From positions 5,952,001-6,016,000 of the forward strand of contig CM075992.1 in the NCBI GenBank assembly GCA_038087875.1: 64,000 nucleotides of DNA, in the 5' to 3' direction. Position numbers and translations under genes: made by a program. Positions 62,193-64,000 of the stretch are shown in pieces. Position 1 is the first letter of the stretch; each line of letters begins with the position of its first letter. The stretch comes from Malacoraja senta (Eukaryota). Under the pieces are notes generated by a model, which saw only the letters and a list, made by a program, of their open reading frames with translations, did not search any database and was not told where the DNA came from.

Positions 62193-63442
62193 CACTATAA
62201 AAATGGCAACCCTTCACAGGAGTTAACTTCTCAGGTAGTTGTGACAGAAATATTATTCACATTCAAACTAAATAGATGATTGCAGTGAAAGTCAGAGATA
62301 GGAAAATCACGTGGGCGATGTGATTAATTGCTGACAAGAACAGATTGGACCAAATTACTATTTCCTCATTTAATTTGGTCACACTGCGGGCGAGTTCTGC
62401 AGTTGCAACTCTATGTGGAAATTTTAACTGCTTTGTTCTAGGTCTTTCCATTAAAACTCATTTGACACAGCTCTCCGACCTATCATCGACTGTAATTAGT
62501 CTGCTTCTATCTCACCTTTCCAGAAAATTAAAACTCCAATTCAATAGTCTTTGATACTGGCAATAAACAAAAACCATTTCCAAAATGTTATGCAGGTATC
62601 CTTAAAAGGAAAGACAACTTAGCCGAGAAACCACATTTTAAAGTTATGCTCTGAAACCAAAGTAGGTTTTCTTGAAGAATTATATGGCAAAAGCTACCCA
62701 TAAGAAAATGGTTCATATTCCTTTTTGTACATAAATAAAACCTAACATCCTACCAATGAAGAGAAGCTCACAGAAAGAAAGATTTAAAAGCATGTTTAAG
62801 CTAAAGGAGAAAAATAACCAAATTTACTGCAACCTCATTCGTTTCAACTTTTGCACCAACTTCCTTCCAATAATAAGGCTAATTAAAATAAAACGGCTTG
62901 CAATTATTCAAGATTCAGCCTTTCACATACCCTTTTGGTGTACTGCCCATACAAAATTAAACTTGCCCAAAATTTCATCTCTGTTATCATGTTCTACTCA
63001 CCAATTACTCTCTCTGATTTTTACTGGCTTCCTATCCCTTCTTGATTACATTTACTAGTCTTGCTTTATTGGGACGACCAAAATGGAGGCGAAGGCAGCA
63101 ACGAGCTGTAAAATGGTGCAAAAATTGCACCAATTGGGGGGCTGGGGGGTGGTGAGGATGGTTGATATGGGGGGATGGGGGTGGGAGGCTGAGGGTGGGG
63201 GTATGGGTGGGTGGGTGACTGGCAGGTGGAGTAAGTGACAAAGGCTGGTGGAAAGGAGACAGACAAGCAGAGAAAAGGAGCAAAATGTAAAGTCGGAAGG
63301 GGGGGGATATGGATAGGAGGAGATAAAGGTGAAGGGAAAGAGGGGATAAAAGAAATATGGGATTAAGAGTCTCAAGGAATTGCAGATGCTGGAATCTTGA
63401 ATAAAACACAAAGTACGGGATCTTCTTCAGACTAGGATGGGA

Positions 63443-63517
63443 GAGAAGCGTAAAAGAAGCAGGGTACCTGGGATGGTGAGAAGCGTAAAAGAAGCAGGGT
63501 ACCTGGGATGGTGAGAA
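63443..63517 (+). repeat. 35-bp perfect tandem duplication
   Basis: gagaagcgtaaaagaagcagggtacctgggatggt occurs twice, next to a Penelope fragment. Confidence 0.9.
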
Positions 63518-64000
63518 ATAGTGGTAGGAGGTACTATTCAATGAAATGTGTTCATCCATCCCACTATGCTTGACGCTTACATTCAGGAAAGCTGCTATCA
63601 TCAGTTAGAAGCTGACTGGAAGTGCAGAATCAATAATGTGTACACAAAACAATTCCTCTTCCTTGACCTTTCCTGCTGAAGCTTCAAATATATCGAGTAT
63701 ATCTTAAGTACAAAAAAAACTCTCAAATTCGTCTCCTCTCCTATTGACAGCAAATTTCATTTAAAAAAAATCAGGAATATAATCTGGGGATTGTACAACA
63801 GCATATTTTCAATTGAGTAATTTCAGTTTTGTGAATCAATAACACAAATTAATTTACGCCTAACTGCAAGATCATTGCATACTACCTGTAGAAGGCTTGT
63901 TTTATTAATCAGTACATCGCTAACGTGATTTTAAAAAGCTACACTTTTATCACCAGTTTTGCAAACAACGATTTCAGTTTCCAGGCTGTACAAACCTGTT

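Noticed and set aside
63032-63601. 189-aa ORF on the minus strand
   Set aside because: Low-complexity pyrimidine-rich Penelope-associated sequence plus a tandem duplication, with no domain or convincing splice sites.

Overview
Vertebrate genomic DNA. The repeat content (V-SINE/HE1-type SINEs, CR1 LINEs, abundant Penelope-like fragments) suggests a cartilaginous fish, probably a skate or ray; this is an inference. Two multi-exon genes lie tail-to-tail and both start outside the window. On + is the 3' part of an AKAP95-family zinc-finger gene (AKAP8L/AKAP8-like): 9 coding exons from 318 to 10021, all GT-AG and in frame. On - is the 3' part of WIZ (widely interspaced zinc fingers, a G9a/GLP and CtBP partner): coding exons from 57578 down to the stop at 19200, then an apparently ~7.4 kb repeat-free 3' UTR. 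Introns hold young and old CR1 LINEs, V-SINEs, DeuSINE remnants, a Rex/L2-type LINE fragment, two related PIF/Harbinger-like MITEs (one with a nested CR1), a decayed Penelope-like element, and many Penelope-derived fragments carrying minimal hammerhead-ribozyme motifs. There is a 200-N assembly gap. The best leads are: an extra zinc-finger exon in WIZ; NAGNAG acceptors that change the last residue of junction-encoded CtBP-type motifs; a candidate 35-nt mutually exclusive or poison exon in AKAP8L; hammerhead motifs inside WIZ introns; and a MITE with an empty-site paralog next to it. I cannot support a claim of a wholly new biological system from the sequence alone. All homology statements come from recall of the protein and repeat families, not from database searches.
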